Assembly: GCA_964016885.1 (NCBI GenBank)
Contig: OZ024740.1
Coordinates: forward strand, 390,724,001-390,788,000
Direction of reading: 5' to 3'
Source: Eledone cirrhosa
Taxonomy: Eukaryota
DNA: 64,000 nucleotides
Under the pieces are notes generated by a model. That model did no database searches and was not told the origin of the DNA. It saw only the letters and a program-made list of their open reading frames with translations. Position 1 is the first letter of the stretch, and the number at the start of each line of letters is the position of its first letter. Shown piece after piece: positions 11,287 through 23,455 of this stretch. Position numbers and translations under genes: made by a program.

Positions 11287-14200
11287 ATGACCTCACTCAG
11301 AATAGGCAGCATAAATGCGCGTGGCTTGGGGTCGTCATGGAAGCAGGGTCACCTGCTCAACGACCTCAGGTCACTAAACATAGATGTAGTGGCCATCAGC
11401 GAGACCAGAATCTCCGAAGCACGGGCCTTCGCACCGATCTTCGGCGGCTACGATGTGTACGCATCTCCCAGCCGTCCTGGATCCGGTGGAGGAGTTGCTG
11501 TGCTTTTTCGGAGAGGTTTGGATCTCGCCATACGGGCCATCTTCCTGGACCCAGAGGGTAAGCTGGTGGTGCTGGACGTGACCAGCGGAGACGGGCAAGC
11601 TTTCAGGCTAGTGGCCGTCTATGCCCCGACAGGAGCAGGGCGGCCTGATTTCTTCCGGCGTCTGGAGACCTTTCTTGGAACGTCCCGCTCTTTAGTGTTA
11701 GTGGGCGACTGGAACGGGATCTTAGATGCACGCTGGGACTGTGTGGGATTAGCGGATAGGGGTGGAGGGTGCAAGAGCCTCACCAACCTGCTCAGGCGTT
11801 TTGAACTGTCTGACAGGTACCGATTGGATTTCCCGAATGTGCCAATGTGGACTTGGACAAACCGCATAGGGTCATCCAGATCATATCTAGATAGAGTATT
11901 TTGTAGGGAAATAGATAGGTCTAGCATAGGCTGTCCACAATTCAAGATAGTCAGCTACACGGACCACAAATTCGTGATCTGTGTGCTTGACTTAGATAGG
12001 CTTCATAGACGAGGACCCGGCTACTGGAAGCTAAACGCGTCCTTACCAGCGCGCAAGGCCTACAGAGACCGGATTAGCGAACTAGTTAAACGGGCGTTGA
12101 CGGGGGCCATCGTCAACAACAAGTGGTGGTTTGCTCTGAAAAGAGCGATTAGAATAGAATCGATTAGGTTTAGTAAGGCTTTAGCAATAGAGAAAAATAG
12201 AGCAGAGGGAGAACTAGTTAGAAAATTAGACGAGGCGCTTAGCAAAGGCATTGCGACCGACGTGCTTGCGGCGAAATTGGCCCTTGACCAATTCTTCAAT
12301 GCAAAGCACGAAGGCTGCGTTGTCAGAGCAAGGGTGCGTGCTCTCAGACACGAGGGGACGAAAGCCGTTCAATGGGCCCGAGTGGCGGAGGCGCGTCGTG
12401 GCAACAAAGCCACGATCCGGTCTTTGGTGGACCACGACGGGCGCATGCTACTCGATCCCGGGCAAATGTGTGAAGCTTTTCAGCGACACTTCGCTCAGCT
12501 GTTCGGGGGCAGCGGGGGGCCGGGTAGAGGGATGGACTTTAGTGTCTACCTCGACGGACTGCCGCGGCTCTCGGCCACTGAGGCGAGGTGTTGCGAAAAG
12601 CCGATAACAGCCGCTGAAGTACGGGAGGCAATGACTGGCTGCACAAGGGGTAAATCGCCTGGTTTGGATGGTCTGCCCTATGAACTTTACGTACAGATGC
12701 CAGACTTGTTCGGAGGCCTCTTGGCGGACGTCTACTGCAACTGGCAACAGAACGGGAGAATTCCCAGTTCTGTGAGCCGAGGAGCGGTGGCACTGCTGAG
12801 AAAGGATCCGAACAAGGGGGATAACATAGACAATTTCCGGCCCATAACTCTGCTAAACACAGAGTTTAAGATTTTGGCCAAGGTGCTAGCAAAGAGGTTG
12901 GCGCTTGTCGTTGGTGGTCTGGTGGGAGAGGCGCAGACATGCGCCATTCCCGACAGATCCATCCACGACAACCTCCACCTCATGCGATACATCGTAGAGA
13001 GGGTAGCTAGGGAACCTGGCACGGGTGGGTCCTTGATCAATTTAGATCAGTCGAAAGCTTTCGATAGGGTCGACCATCGTTACCTAGCGGCAGTCCTGAG
13101 GGCGGCTGGCTTTGGGCCCGTCTTCAGAGGCTGGATCGCTGCCATGCACAGCGACATCTGCTCTGTGGTGAGAGTGAACGGTCACCTGTCGGAACCGTTC
13201 AACATCATGCGCTCGGTCCGCCAAGGATGTCCCCTCTCGTCCCTCTTGTACGTATTGACTCTCGAGCCATTACTGCACAAACTGGAGACGTTGAGGGGAG
13301 TCCCGCGCGAACTAGGATGCGGAAGATCCGTGTCAGCATATGCGGACGATGTCACCGTAGTGGTGTCGAACGCCAAACACATCGAAGCGATCGGCACTAC
13401 ACTAAGAGAATACGAAGCGGTGACAGGAGCAATGATCAACCAGGAAAAGTCAGTGGGCCTGCAGCTCGGCACCTGGAGAGGCAGGTCCATGCCGTCCAAC
13501 AGCGTCGTCGGGCGCTGGACGGACGGACCGGTTAAATTGCTAGGGGTCTGGTTCGGTCCGGACCTCCAGACGGACAAAAACTGGGACGAGGTGACGAGCA
13601 GGGTGGCTTCTCTCACCCAGAAATGGGCGGAGAGGAAGCTATCCCTGAAAGGTCGAGCGGAGGTGGCTAACGCGTACATCGCGTCTGTCATCTGCTACCG
13701 CCTAACCGTCGTACCTTGTCCTAAGCCTCGCCTGACTGCGCTGGAGCGTTTGCTCTTTCGCTTTTTGTGGAAGGGACGTGCTCCGATGGTCAGGCGGTCC
13801 ATCTGTTGTCAACACCCGCTACGTGGAGGGCTGGGCATGCCGTGGCTGATGATGCGCAGGCACGCGCTCAGGCTACGACATCTCCACCTCTTCCTCGACG
13901 GTGATCAGGTGTGGTCGCCGTTTGCTAGACGCGTTTTTCCCCAGCTCGTTTCCTTGACGGAGCTGCAGTCCTGGGTCAAGCGAAGACCGAGAGGGAGCGC
14001 CTGGAGACTGGAATGTCTTCAGGCGCTCACAGCCCTCGACCAATCGGGCAATGTGATCGGTGGAAACTCCACCTCGGCGTTCTATAGAGGATTAGTGGAG
14101 GGGAAGAGCGACGACGTACTTGGGGAAACTCTAGGCGTCGACGAAAATCAACTAGCCAATCTCTTCGGAAGAACTTTCGGGCCGGGGCCTATGGACAACT

Positions 14201-14706
14201 TCCAGAAATCTCTGGCCTGGCAGTGCTACCGAGGAGCCTTGCCAGTTCGGGATAAACTCTACAGGCATGGAGGTGCCGTCAGCCGGGCATGTCCGAGATG
14301 CGCGCAGGGCGACGAAACCGTCCTGCACGCACTCGTCCAGTGTCCGAAAATTGCTGACTTGTGGGTTTATGTCGAACACCTGCTGTCGCGTTTAGGACGG
14401 ATCCAGCTATCATCTGAGTCTATCGTGAGGATTGCCCCGCCCTCCTCCTTTAGCCGGGAAGGGCAGGCAGTTTTTATCTGTCTGGTGGCCATGGCGAAAG
14501 AGATAGTATGGTGGACACGTTTGAAAGGGCTGAAGACGAGCACTTACCTCTTCGGTGATGCTCTGATTGACTTTTTCAAATTTCATTTGAAAAGGAAAAT
14601 CAGAGTAGAGAGGGAAGTGCTCTCTTCCCAGCATTTTGTTGAAAGATGGGTGAGAGAAGCAAGAATGGCCCGAGTGAATGGGCCGACTCTGAGTATATAT
14701 CTGTAA
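11287..14706 (+). CDS. Tx1-like ORF2: AP endonuclease + reverse transcriptase + C-terminal Cys finger
   Basis: 1139 aa uninterrupted: SINARGL, SET, GDWN, YLDR, TDH (APE); PGYWKLN; FRPITLLN, DQSKAFDRV, VRQGCPLS, YADD (RT); CPRC...ETVLHALVQC. Confidence 0.95.
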   Translation: MTSLRIGSINARGLGSSWKQGHLLNDLRSLNIDVVAISETRISEARAFAPIFGGYDVYASPSRPGSGGGVAVLFRRGLDLAIRAIFLDPEGKLVVLDVTSGDGQAFRLVAVYAPTGAGRPDFFRRLETFLGTSRSLVLVGDWNGILDARWDCVGLADRGGGCKSLTNLLRRFELSDRYRLDFPNVPMWTWTNRIGSSRSYLDRVFCREIDRSSIGCPQFKIVSYTDHKFVICVLDLDRLHRRGPGYWKLNASLPARKAYRDRISELVKRALTGAIVNNKWWFALKRAIRIESIRFSKALAIEKNRAEGELVRKLDEALSKGIATDVLAAKLALDQFFNAKHEGCVVRARVRALRHEGTKAVQWARVAEARRGNKATIRSLVDHDGRMLLDPGQMCEAFQRHFAQLFGGSGGPGRGMDFSVYLDGLPRLSATEARCCEKPITAAEVREAMTGCTRGKSPGLDGLPYELYVQMPDLFGGLLADVYCNWQQNGRIPSSVSRGAVALLRKDPNKGDNIDNFRPITLLNTEFKILAKVLAKRLALVVGGLVGEAQTCAIPDRSIHDNLHLMRYIVERVAREPGTGGSLINLDQSKAFDRVDHRYLAAVLRAAGFGPVFRGWIAAMHSDICSVVRVNGHLSEPFNIMRSVRQGCPLSSLLYVLTLEPLLHKLETLRGVPRELGCGRSVSAYADDVTVVVSNAKHIEAIGTTLREYEAVTGAMINQEKSVGLQLGTWRGRSMPSNSVVGRWTDGPVKLLGVWFGPDLQTDKNWDEVTSRVASLTQKWAERKLSLKGRAEVANAYIASVICYRLTVVPCPKPRLTALERLLFRFLWKGRAPMVRRSICCQHPLRGGLGMPWLMMRRHALRLRHLHLFLDGDQVWSPFARRVFPQLVSLTELQSWVKRRPRGSAWRLECLQALTALDQSGNVIGGNSTSAFYRGLVEGKSDDVLGETLGVDENQLANLFGRTFGPGPMDNFQKSLAWQCYRGALPVRDKLYRHGGAVSRACPRCAQGDETVLHALVQCPKIADLWVYVEHLLSRLGRIQLSSESIVRIAPPSSFSREGQAVFICLVAMAKEIVWWTRLKGLKTSTYLFGDALIDFFKFHLKRKIRVEREVLSSQHFVERWVREARMARVNGPTLSIYL

Positions 14707-14966
14707 ACTAAAGGTGGAAAACTGGGAGAGGGCACTTGCCTTGGTGGTCAGGGTCATTGTGGCTTTTTACTGGGCTTTCTCCACAAATGTCCCTCCGAAG
14801 TCTCCCCCCTATTGGGGAATTTTTCATTGTTATTTTCATTGTTATTTTTGTTACATCCTCTGTTTTTGTTTTTTTACACGCAGAAATGCCCATTTGTACC
14901 GTCCTGCATTGTCCTGCACTGTCCTTAATGTCTACTTTATGTAAACCCTTGTGGTTAATAAAGAAA

Positions 14967-15007
<41 letters not shown>

Positions 15008-15019
15008 GTTGTTGTTATT

Positions 15020-18000
15020 CCTTGAATCTCAGTCATTGATGTTGGTTAACTGGAAAGTCCGTTGGAATGAATATCAAGCCACTACCTGCAGCCTCAGATA
15101 TTCAGGACGTATCGGAGGGTTCTTGCTGTTCCAAGCAAGCATGCCTTTTGAAGCGTTCCAAAAAGCGTGAAGGGGCCGATTTTCTTTAACCATCCCTGGA
15201 AACTTTTGGAGATAGTCCCCAGTGCGCCTATGACAATCGGGATCACTTTGACTTCATGGCAGTTCCAAATCCTTTTCACCTCCCACGTTAGGTCCTGGTA
15301 TCGGTTAATTTTCTCCCTCTCCTTCTCTTGCACTCTCGTGTCGAAAGGGCAGGCCACATCCACAATCAGACACGATCTTTTTTCTTTGTCCACAACCACC
15401 AGGTCAGGTCTATTGTGTTCCAGTTTTTTGTCCGTCTGTATCCTAAAATCCCACAGCACCTTCACCTGATTGTTCTCCATCACCGCCTCTGGCCTATGCT
15501 CATACCATTTCTCAGAATGTGGTAAATTGTTTACTTTGCGCAGGTGCCAGTGGATCACCCTGCCCATCACATCGTGTCTCCAGCCCTTATAGTGGGTCTG
15601 GGCTAGGTGTTTACACTCGGACACAATGTGAGCCACAGTCTCCTCTCTCTCTCCACAGATCCTGCACAGTGGGCTAGCCTCCTCCTTGTAAATATGGTGC
15701 TTCAACCACTTCGTTTTGAGGGGCTGCTCCTGCGCAGCCATTAGCATTCCTTCTGTAGCCTTTTTGAGGTCTCCTCTTCTCAACCAGTTCCATGTCTGTG
15801 GATCTCTAAATTCAGTTTTCTCAAAGAAGGTACTATGAAGGGATTTTCCCTTAAGGCTGCTCTTCCTCCTTGATGTTATTTCCTCCTTGGACATCCCCTG
15901 GCCCACTGTCCCCTCCTTCAGTACAGTTCTGAGCATTGGCTCCTTACTATAGGTCACGTATTTGTATAGGTTGTTTTTCTCCATCTGAACACAGTCCTCT
16001 ATGCTGATAAGACCTCTTCCACCCTCAGATCTCCTTAGGTAGAGTCTATCGACATCACTCCTCTTGTGGAACATGTTGTAGATAGTCAATAGCTTCCTGG
16101 TCTTCCTATCCATTTCTTTTTGTTCAGCAACATTCCATCTCAGAATTCCCGCACTGTACCTAATAATAGACACAGCTCGGGAATTTACTGCGCTTATGGC
16201 ATTTCTGCTGTTCAGATGTGACTTCAATACGCTCCTTACTCTCCGAATGTATTCAGTTCTTAACAATTCCTTCATTTTTTTGTTCTTTATGCCATCAGCC
16301 TCCAGAACGCCCAAATACTTGTATTCCTCCTCAGAGTCAATTTCCTTTATCATCTCACCTGTTGGTATCTGGATCCCGTTACTTGTGCTCAACCTACCCC
16401 TCCTCATCACAATGACTCCACATTTACTAATACCAAACTGCATACATATATCACTGCTGAAAATACGGACAGTGTCAACAAGCACATCCAACTCCTTCTC
16501 ACTTTTCCCGAAGAGCTTAAGATCGTCCATGAAGAGGAGGTGATTGATGGTAAGCTCTCCCTTTCCCAACTTGTATCCTGCTCTCACTTTTCGCAGCATA
16601 ATGGTCAAGGGCATCAGGGCAAGGACAAACAACAGAGGGGACAGGCTATCTCCCTGGAAGATACCTCTCTTGATCTTCACGCTTCCCAAGGATACTCCAG
16701 TTGATGTCAACTCTGTCTCCCAGGACCCCATACTCCTGCCCAGCAACTGTCTGATGTTATCTGCCACCCTGAAGATCTCCAGGCTTTTGGTGATCCAAGA
16801 ATGAGGCACCATGTCAAATGCCTTTCTGTAGTCTATCCATCCCATGGCAAGATCAGTGTGTGTCCTCCTGCAATTCCCCATTACCATCTTATCAATAAGT
16901 AACTGGTCCTGTGTACCACGTGACTTCTTTCGGCATCCTTTCTGTTCGTCCGGTAACAAGTTGTTTGTGTGGAGGTGATGGTAGATTTCCTCAGACACAA
17001 TGCTCGTCAACAGTTTCCACATTACGGACAGACATGTGATAGGTCTATAGTTGGTAACATCATTACCCTTGATTCGGTCTTTCATTATCAGAACTGTGGT
17101 ACCTTTTGTCAACCACTCTGGCACCTCACCCGACACCAAGCAGTCATTGAACATGGCCGTCAGCTTCGGGTGGAGGGATGTTAAATTTTTAATCCAATAC
17201 CCCTGCACACCATCTGGGCCTGGTGATTTCCAGTTGGTTAGTTTTTTGGCCTGCCCCTTAAGAGTTTCAACTGTGATACTCAAATCAGTTTGTTGGTGTG
17301 CCTGCTCACCGATCTCCCTCTGTACTGTCTCAATCCACCCTGCCTGGACATTATGTCTAACATCCTGCTCCCATATTCCTCTCCAGAATGTTTTAGTTTG
17401 CTCCGCCCCAGGGATCAAGTCGTTGCCTCTTTCTTTCCCCTCAAGCTGTCCAAACAGCATCTTCTGGTTGTTGTCGAACATGCGGTTCTGTTTATACTGA
17501 CTGACTCTGTTCTCGTATCGCACTCTTTGCTACAATGCGTTGCTGTTCTCGTATTGCACTCTTTGCTACAATGCGTTGCTTTAGTTCCTCTATGATAATA
17601 TTTAGCTTTTTCCTCCTAGTTTTGTACTTTATTTCCAGTCTATTTTTAGTGCCTATGTTTTTTAGTGTCCCATTCAGTAGTGACTCAAGCTTTCCTATGT
17701 CATTTCTCATTTCCCCGATTTGACCACTCAGTCGTTTCTTCCACCACGGCTCTGCTCTTTCTTGTCTGTTGTTTCCTCTCGCTTTTATACCAAGTAGTTT
17801 CCTCACCGTATTTGCTGTTGCTTTGAGGATATTGTTGCACTGGTGAAGGCTCCTCGCCTCAAGGTATGGGATGACTTTGTTTACCTTAGCTGTTGTTTCT
17901 TTTAACTTTTTCCTGTCTACAAATCTTAGGTTCATAGGTCTCCCACTATCATTGTTCAATTCATCTACCACTAAATTTAGGATGTCAACCGAATCTTGTC

Positions 18001-18898
18001 CTAGCCCGTCAGCATTCATCTCCTCAGTGGCCGTATCTCTGTTCCAGGTATTATTTATCTCAGTATTCAGATCATTGTCTTCTTCGGGTGGTTCCTCCGT
18101 TCTCAGGACCTCTTCACCTTCATTTCCCACTGGCTCGCTTGTCTGGCATACTACACCCGCCATCTCCAAGCCATTCTCTCTGCTCAGTTCCTCCAGTTCC
18201 AGCTCGCTTATCCACCCATTAGTTCTTATTACCCGAGCCTGCCCGGCCAATTTTTGTTCATCTAATTTAAATAGACCAATCTCGTTCCAGATGTTATGCA
18301 TCCGTCTCCTCTAGCCCCTCTCCTTGGGGTTACTTTTCAGGTAACATTGCATAACAGTTCTATTCAATTCTTTAGTCCAGTTGGTTCTGGCCCCTTTCCT
18401 TCTTCTTCTTCCTCCAACATCAGCAGTATTTGGTTGACAGTCAGGTTCCTGCTGCTGAGCCAGGGGGCACCTGTTGGGTGAGAGTCTGTCACATGACGTT
18501 CTAGTCTCCATTTCACCGTTATTCGAACTGTTTATGTTCGATATTTAAACACTCTTATCGAGGATTGGCGAATGTATGGTTACATAGCCATCTGTGGATT
18601 CGCCGTTCCACTTGGCCCTTGTGTGGCATTATCACCACGCTGTATACGAACACACATAAACAAACAAACACACAGGCAGAAAGGGCCCCAAAAATGAATA
18701 AGCATAAGTTTCATTGTAATGTAGTGTTCGAATGTCTGACTTAGTTTTTGTTTTTTTAGTTTTAGTTTTTCCCCCCTCTTCTCTGTCCGTCCGCCTGCTT
18801 CTCTCTTCATTCTTATTTTCTTTACGTTTTTTGTTTTTGTTTTTTGTTTTTTTTTTGTTTTTTTCTTTTTTTCTTTTTCTCTGTTTGTTTTTCTCGTT
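15020..18898 (-). mobile_element. Apparently full-length R4/Dong-like family A element, inactivated
   Basis: One ORF broken into 18311-18511 (in-frame TAG), 17492-18301 and 15094-17523 (frameshift at a 36-bp duplication); FMDD RT, CCHC, REL; (TAA)n at both ends. 5' limit approximate. Confidence 0.88.
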
Positions 18899-18919
18899 TT
18901 ATTATTATTATTATTATTA

Positions 18920-18987
<68 letters not shown>

Positions 18988-18988
<1 letters not shown>

Positions 18989-19650
18989 TTTGCCCATTTA
19001 TTCCTGGGAGGGTCAGGAGGGCAGAGTCCTTAAACACTCCATCCAGCGAGTCCTGTCAGAACCGACTACCTCCAATTAATCCATCTAACGTTAAGACTCT
19101 TCCTACTATATCAAACGTTAAACTAATACATCTTCATTGTACAGATTTTTTGTTTCATTGTTTTCTATTCTATTGAATCTAATCTATGTAATATATGTGT
19201 GTAGTGCACTCCTATTTGCCGCGTGTTAAACACCGATTAATACGAATATCGCTTTCTGTTTTCTAAATACTATCTAGACGATTTGCCTGAATCTCCCAAA
19301 TTCACTTTGCCGTTCTCTGAAAATCTTTTCGTGTGGATATATAGCACCTTCATTTTGTGTACAATATAGTCATGAAGTAACAAGTTTGATCTCTCTTACG
19401 CAGCTTCTTGGGTATATATCTTTATCTACAATCTACGAGTAAAACTCTACGGATCGCCGTTGGATAAAATGATCCCGTTTGTTGATTGTAGCTTTAATCT
19501 ATCGCATTTGAATGATAATGTTGTCCTTCCTTTCCTCCCTAAAGGCCCAGATGTTCTGCAAGAAGGTCATGGGTGTAGTCTATCGTCACACGAGAAAGTT
19601 TTATAATGCTGAACTAGTTCTCATTTCATGAAAACTTCAACTATATTAGG
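18988..19650 (-). mobile_element. Old LINE (RTE-like) 3' end
   Basis: Degenerate DRTRW-type C-terminus near 19040-19060 and a short 3'UTR ending in the (TAA)n at 18899-18987. Confidence 0.4.
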
Positions 19651-20509
19651 TCTGTATAAACAGCCACTTTTCGATGAGAGCAACCAGAAAAAAATATTAA
19701 TTATTTCTTCGTAATTTTTATACGTTTTGTTGTTATATTTTGTATTCTGTTTTTGATTTTTTAGTTTCTGGTAGGAAGTGTTTGGTTTTACGTAACAGCT
19801 AAATCCCCTTTAATGTCACCTTCGAGTTCTGTTCATTTTCTTTATCAGCTTCCATTTTCATCAGTTTTGTTGGGTAAGAGCAAGTTAGTCCATCAGTATG
19901 TAATCCCATTTACAATTTAATTTATAATTTAGTTACTCAATAGTTTCAGTTGATGATTTTCTCATCTTTCATACAGCCGTCTGTTACTTCAACTTCTGTT
20001 TTATATCGGTTGGTCTCTTTAAAAATGCTAAAATTAAGATTTTGGGTAGTCGACCAATTATAATTAAACAAATACAATTAAAAAAGGTGAACTATGGTTA
20101 ATGTGACGTTTGCGCAGAGTACTCTCATGTAAAAATTATTCATGTCATGTCTCCAGACAGAATATACATTTTTCTCTTCATCCCACCAGGTTCTGAGTAT
20201 GGGAAAGCATCCAATTTTTCCTCCAAGTCATAGAACTAACCTGCAAACAAAACGTAGGAAACGTAATCACATTTAAACTAAAAGTATTTACAAAAGAAGC
20301 TGCCAGGAGTTGGAGAATAAATACAAATATATTACTTATTGTGTGTGATAAAATTGTATTACCTGATGTGATATGATAAAATTAATTATAAAATAAAACT
20401 TATTCTATCTGTCAGAAATAACAGCAAAATCTACCTCAAATTGAAGCATATTGTTGTTGTTTTTGGGGGGGGTTTTGTGTTGTTAAATGGGGAAAATATG
20501 TGTAGTTAA

Positions 20510-20640
20510 GACGCTTGCTTCGAATCCATGAGGTTCCAGATGCGATTTCACTGTGCAGTTAGTTAGACAAGTATATTTTACCATAATCTCGAGCTACCTA
20601 TACATTTTGAGAAGAATGTGGTGTATGGGAACAGTGCGAA
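20510..20640 (+). mobile_element. Diverged SINE of a second family
   Basis: tRNA-like head gtgtagttaagacgcttgcttcgaatccatgaggttcc. Confidence 0.4.
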
Positions 20641-21541
20641 AACGAAAGTTTATTTGGTCTAAAACGTAAAGTTTTTCATATAATTGTGTAACTATTTTTA
20701 TCGTCTAGAGCAATTCATTTCTGAATATGCATCTAATATCTATTCAATATAGTAATTTACTAAGAAATACATAATAGTTCATTATCCATTATTTTTCATA
20801 GGCCACGTGATATTCTTTGTTCCGTTATGTATCAGATTGTCATTAGGATTCGTCTTACACAGTTCACAGATCTTTAATCATCATGCAAACTAAGTCGCAA
20901 CATTTTGCTTTTGATATCCATTCTCAATATAGCATTGTAACAGAAATAATGTTTACTGTCGGTTGTTTAGCATGTTCTATTGATTTATACTTTCGACAAT
21001 GGCCTGCGTACTATAGGTAACCATGGAAACTACTATCTCGTAACTTCTGTTTAGCTACGATTAGCTCCACCAGCTTCTATAGCTATCTTTTTAATGAACT
21101 ATTTTCTCATCTACTATACGATGCAAATAGTTATCTGATTCACTGAAAGTGTTCCAAAGTAAACAAAAGAAGAAAGTTTTCGGTATTGACGTGAACAGAA
21201 AAACATCCAATTCACACAAACAAACAATTGTCACACATGTAGACAAACTAGAGTGTCTATAGATAATCAATATATATAGAGATATATGAATAACAATATA
21301 CATTTTCGAACCTACGTATATATAAATGCATTGAAAGGCGTAAATATGTATAGCGGAGCAACTAAATTGGGTATCTGATATATTATTACTAGGTCAAATG
21401 CATATATATAGCGAGATGCCTTGTTAATTGTTGGCTTTGGTTTCTGAGTGTATTATTTACGTATAGGACATTCGATGATTGTTTTGCGGTTGATCTAGGT
21501 GGGTCTGCATTCGGTTTGAGTGTTTAACGGTCCAACTTGCT

Positions 21542-21676
<135 letters not shown>

Positions 21677-21839
21677 TGTAGTGTTTATATATGTATCTAG
21701 TGTATATATGGGTTATGTATATGTATATATATTTAGTGTAGTTATTAATGGTGGTTAGACCGGTTGGAGCAATAACGGTCTTATTTACGTATATATATAT
21801 ATATATGTAAATAGGAAGAAAAAGACGATTATTAGGAAG

Positions 21840-21870
<31 letters not shown>

Positions 21871-21970
21871 TTCTCTATTTTCTGGGTTAGAAAATGTTTA
21901 AAACAAAATATTTTACTTTGTGTGAAGTGTTAAGGTATTAGTTAATTTATTTATTAATTAACTATGGCAT

Positions 21971-22005
<35 letters not shown>

Positions 22006-22350
22006 TATATTTAAGAATTGTCTATTACCAGTTTCAGCATTTTATGCAATATCAAAGGGAGGAATTTGTATTGGTATAAAATGTAGGAGAGAAGATAATG
22101 TGATGTTGAACATGTTAAGGAAATGAGAAAGAATAATATTATTTACAAACAAGGTTTTTGAAGTAAAAAGAAAAAGAAAAAGAAGGGGGTGATGTGGAAC
22201 ATGACAAGGTAATGGGAAAGAAAGAATAGTGTTATTTACAGGTATAGGTCTTGAGGATAAGCAGTTCAAAAAGTGTTATTATGGCAATAATCGTCTTTTT
22301 CTTCCTATTTACATATATATATATATATTCCAACTCGTGTGCTCCTTCTT

Positions 22351-22389
<39 letters not shown>

Positions 22390-22396
<7 letters not shown>

Positions 22397-22648
22397 AAAC
22401 GTGTGAGACCCTTCGTATAGTTATATATATTTGTAAGAAGGAAAAGAATGACTTCACTTGTAGTTTGTATTATATAACAATTTAATTTTTTTTTTTTCAA
22501 TTTTATCATTTTATAACTTTGCTATGTTGCTAATTTGATCTACATAGCAAAATTATAAAATTGGAAAATTAGAAAATTGGAAAATTAAAAAAATAAATTG
22601 TTATGGAATACTACCTTCAAATGAAGTCATTCTTTTCCTTTTTTTCAA

Positions 22649-22650
<2 letters not shown>
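22390..22650. repeat. Fold-back fragment of a Penelope-type 3' end
   Basis: aaggaaaagaatgacttca ... tgaagtcattcttttcctt inverted arms; homologous to 38030-38102 and 53001-53100. Confidence 0.6.
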
Positions 22651-22685
<35 letters not shown>

Positions 22686-22813
22686 AATAGGATTTCGCTT
22701 CAAGCATAGCTTTATACAATATGTATAGAAATTTCGTATTTCGAAAGAAATACGGTTTTAGGAAGGGGGGGTGCTAACGCCCTCTGGTGTTGTCCAGCAG
22801 AAGCAAGGGGGAC

Positions 22814-22858
22814 AACCATCTATGCATTTCAGGCTTGGCTGGCCATCGTCAGGACGAT
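22814..22858 (-). ncRNA. Minimal type I hammerhead ribozyme
   Basis: Minus strand: atcgtc-CTGACGA-tggc..gcct-GAAA-tgca-TA-gatggt. Confidence 0.75.
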
Positions 22859-23075
22859 CCCTCCCACTGCTCTGCGACTGCTGGACTTGAAAACAGCCGA
22901 GATATATAGTTTTCTCGTCTGTGTAAATGAGGTGATTAATCTCATTTGCATATGAAGCTGCATAAGTTGGCTCAACTTATAATAGAAAAGAAATAAGATT
23001 TCGCTTCAAGCATAGCTTTATACAATATGTATAGAAATTTCGTATTTCGAAAGAAATACGATTCCAGTGGGATGG

Positions 23076-23119
23076 ATCGTCCTGACGATGGCCAGTCAAG
23101 CCTGAAATGCATAGACGGT
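23076..23119 (+). ncRNA. Minimal type I hammerhead ribozyme
   Basis: atcgtc-CTGACGA-tggc cagtcaa gcct-GAAA-tgca (palindromic stem III)-TA-gacggt. Confidence 0.8.
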
Positions 23120-23374
23120 TGTCTCCCTTGCTTCTGTTGGACAACACCAGAGGGCGTTAGCCCCCCCCCCCCCCCCCCCTCCCCCGCCAGTCTTCGCATA
23201 GCTACGGATTCCTAAAATCGTATTTCTTTCAAAATACGAAATTTCTATACATATTGTATAAAGCTATGCTTGAATGCTTGAAGCGAAATCCTATTTCTTT
23301 TTATTATAAGTTGAGCCAACTTATGCAGCTTCATATGCAAATGAGATTAATCACCTCATTTACACAGACGAGAA

Positions 23375-23455
<81 letters not shown>

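Larger units (their letters stand above)
8945..14968 (+). mobile_element. Full-length Tx1/L1-clade non-LTR retrotransposon
   Basis: 5' leader, ORF1, ORF2 (APE-RT-zinc finger), T-rich 3'UTR and AATAAA at 14957; both ends join (TTA)n runs. Confidence 0.9.
22685..23380. mobile_element. Non-coding hammerhead-bearing element (306-nt period plus inverted copy)
   Basis: Direct repeat 22691/22997; 23065-23380 is an inverted copy of the same unit; (TA)n on both sides. Confidence 0.8.

Noticed and set aside
9284-14757. Antisense and alternate-frame ORFs within the Tx1 element
   Set aside because: Shadows of GC-rich or low-complexity coding sequence.
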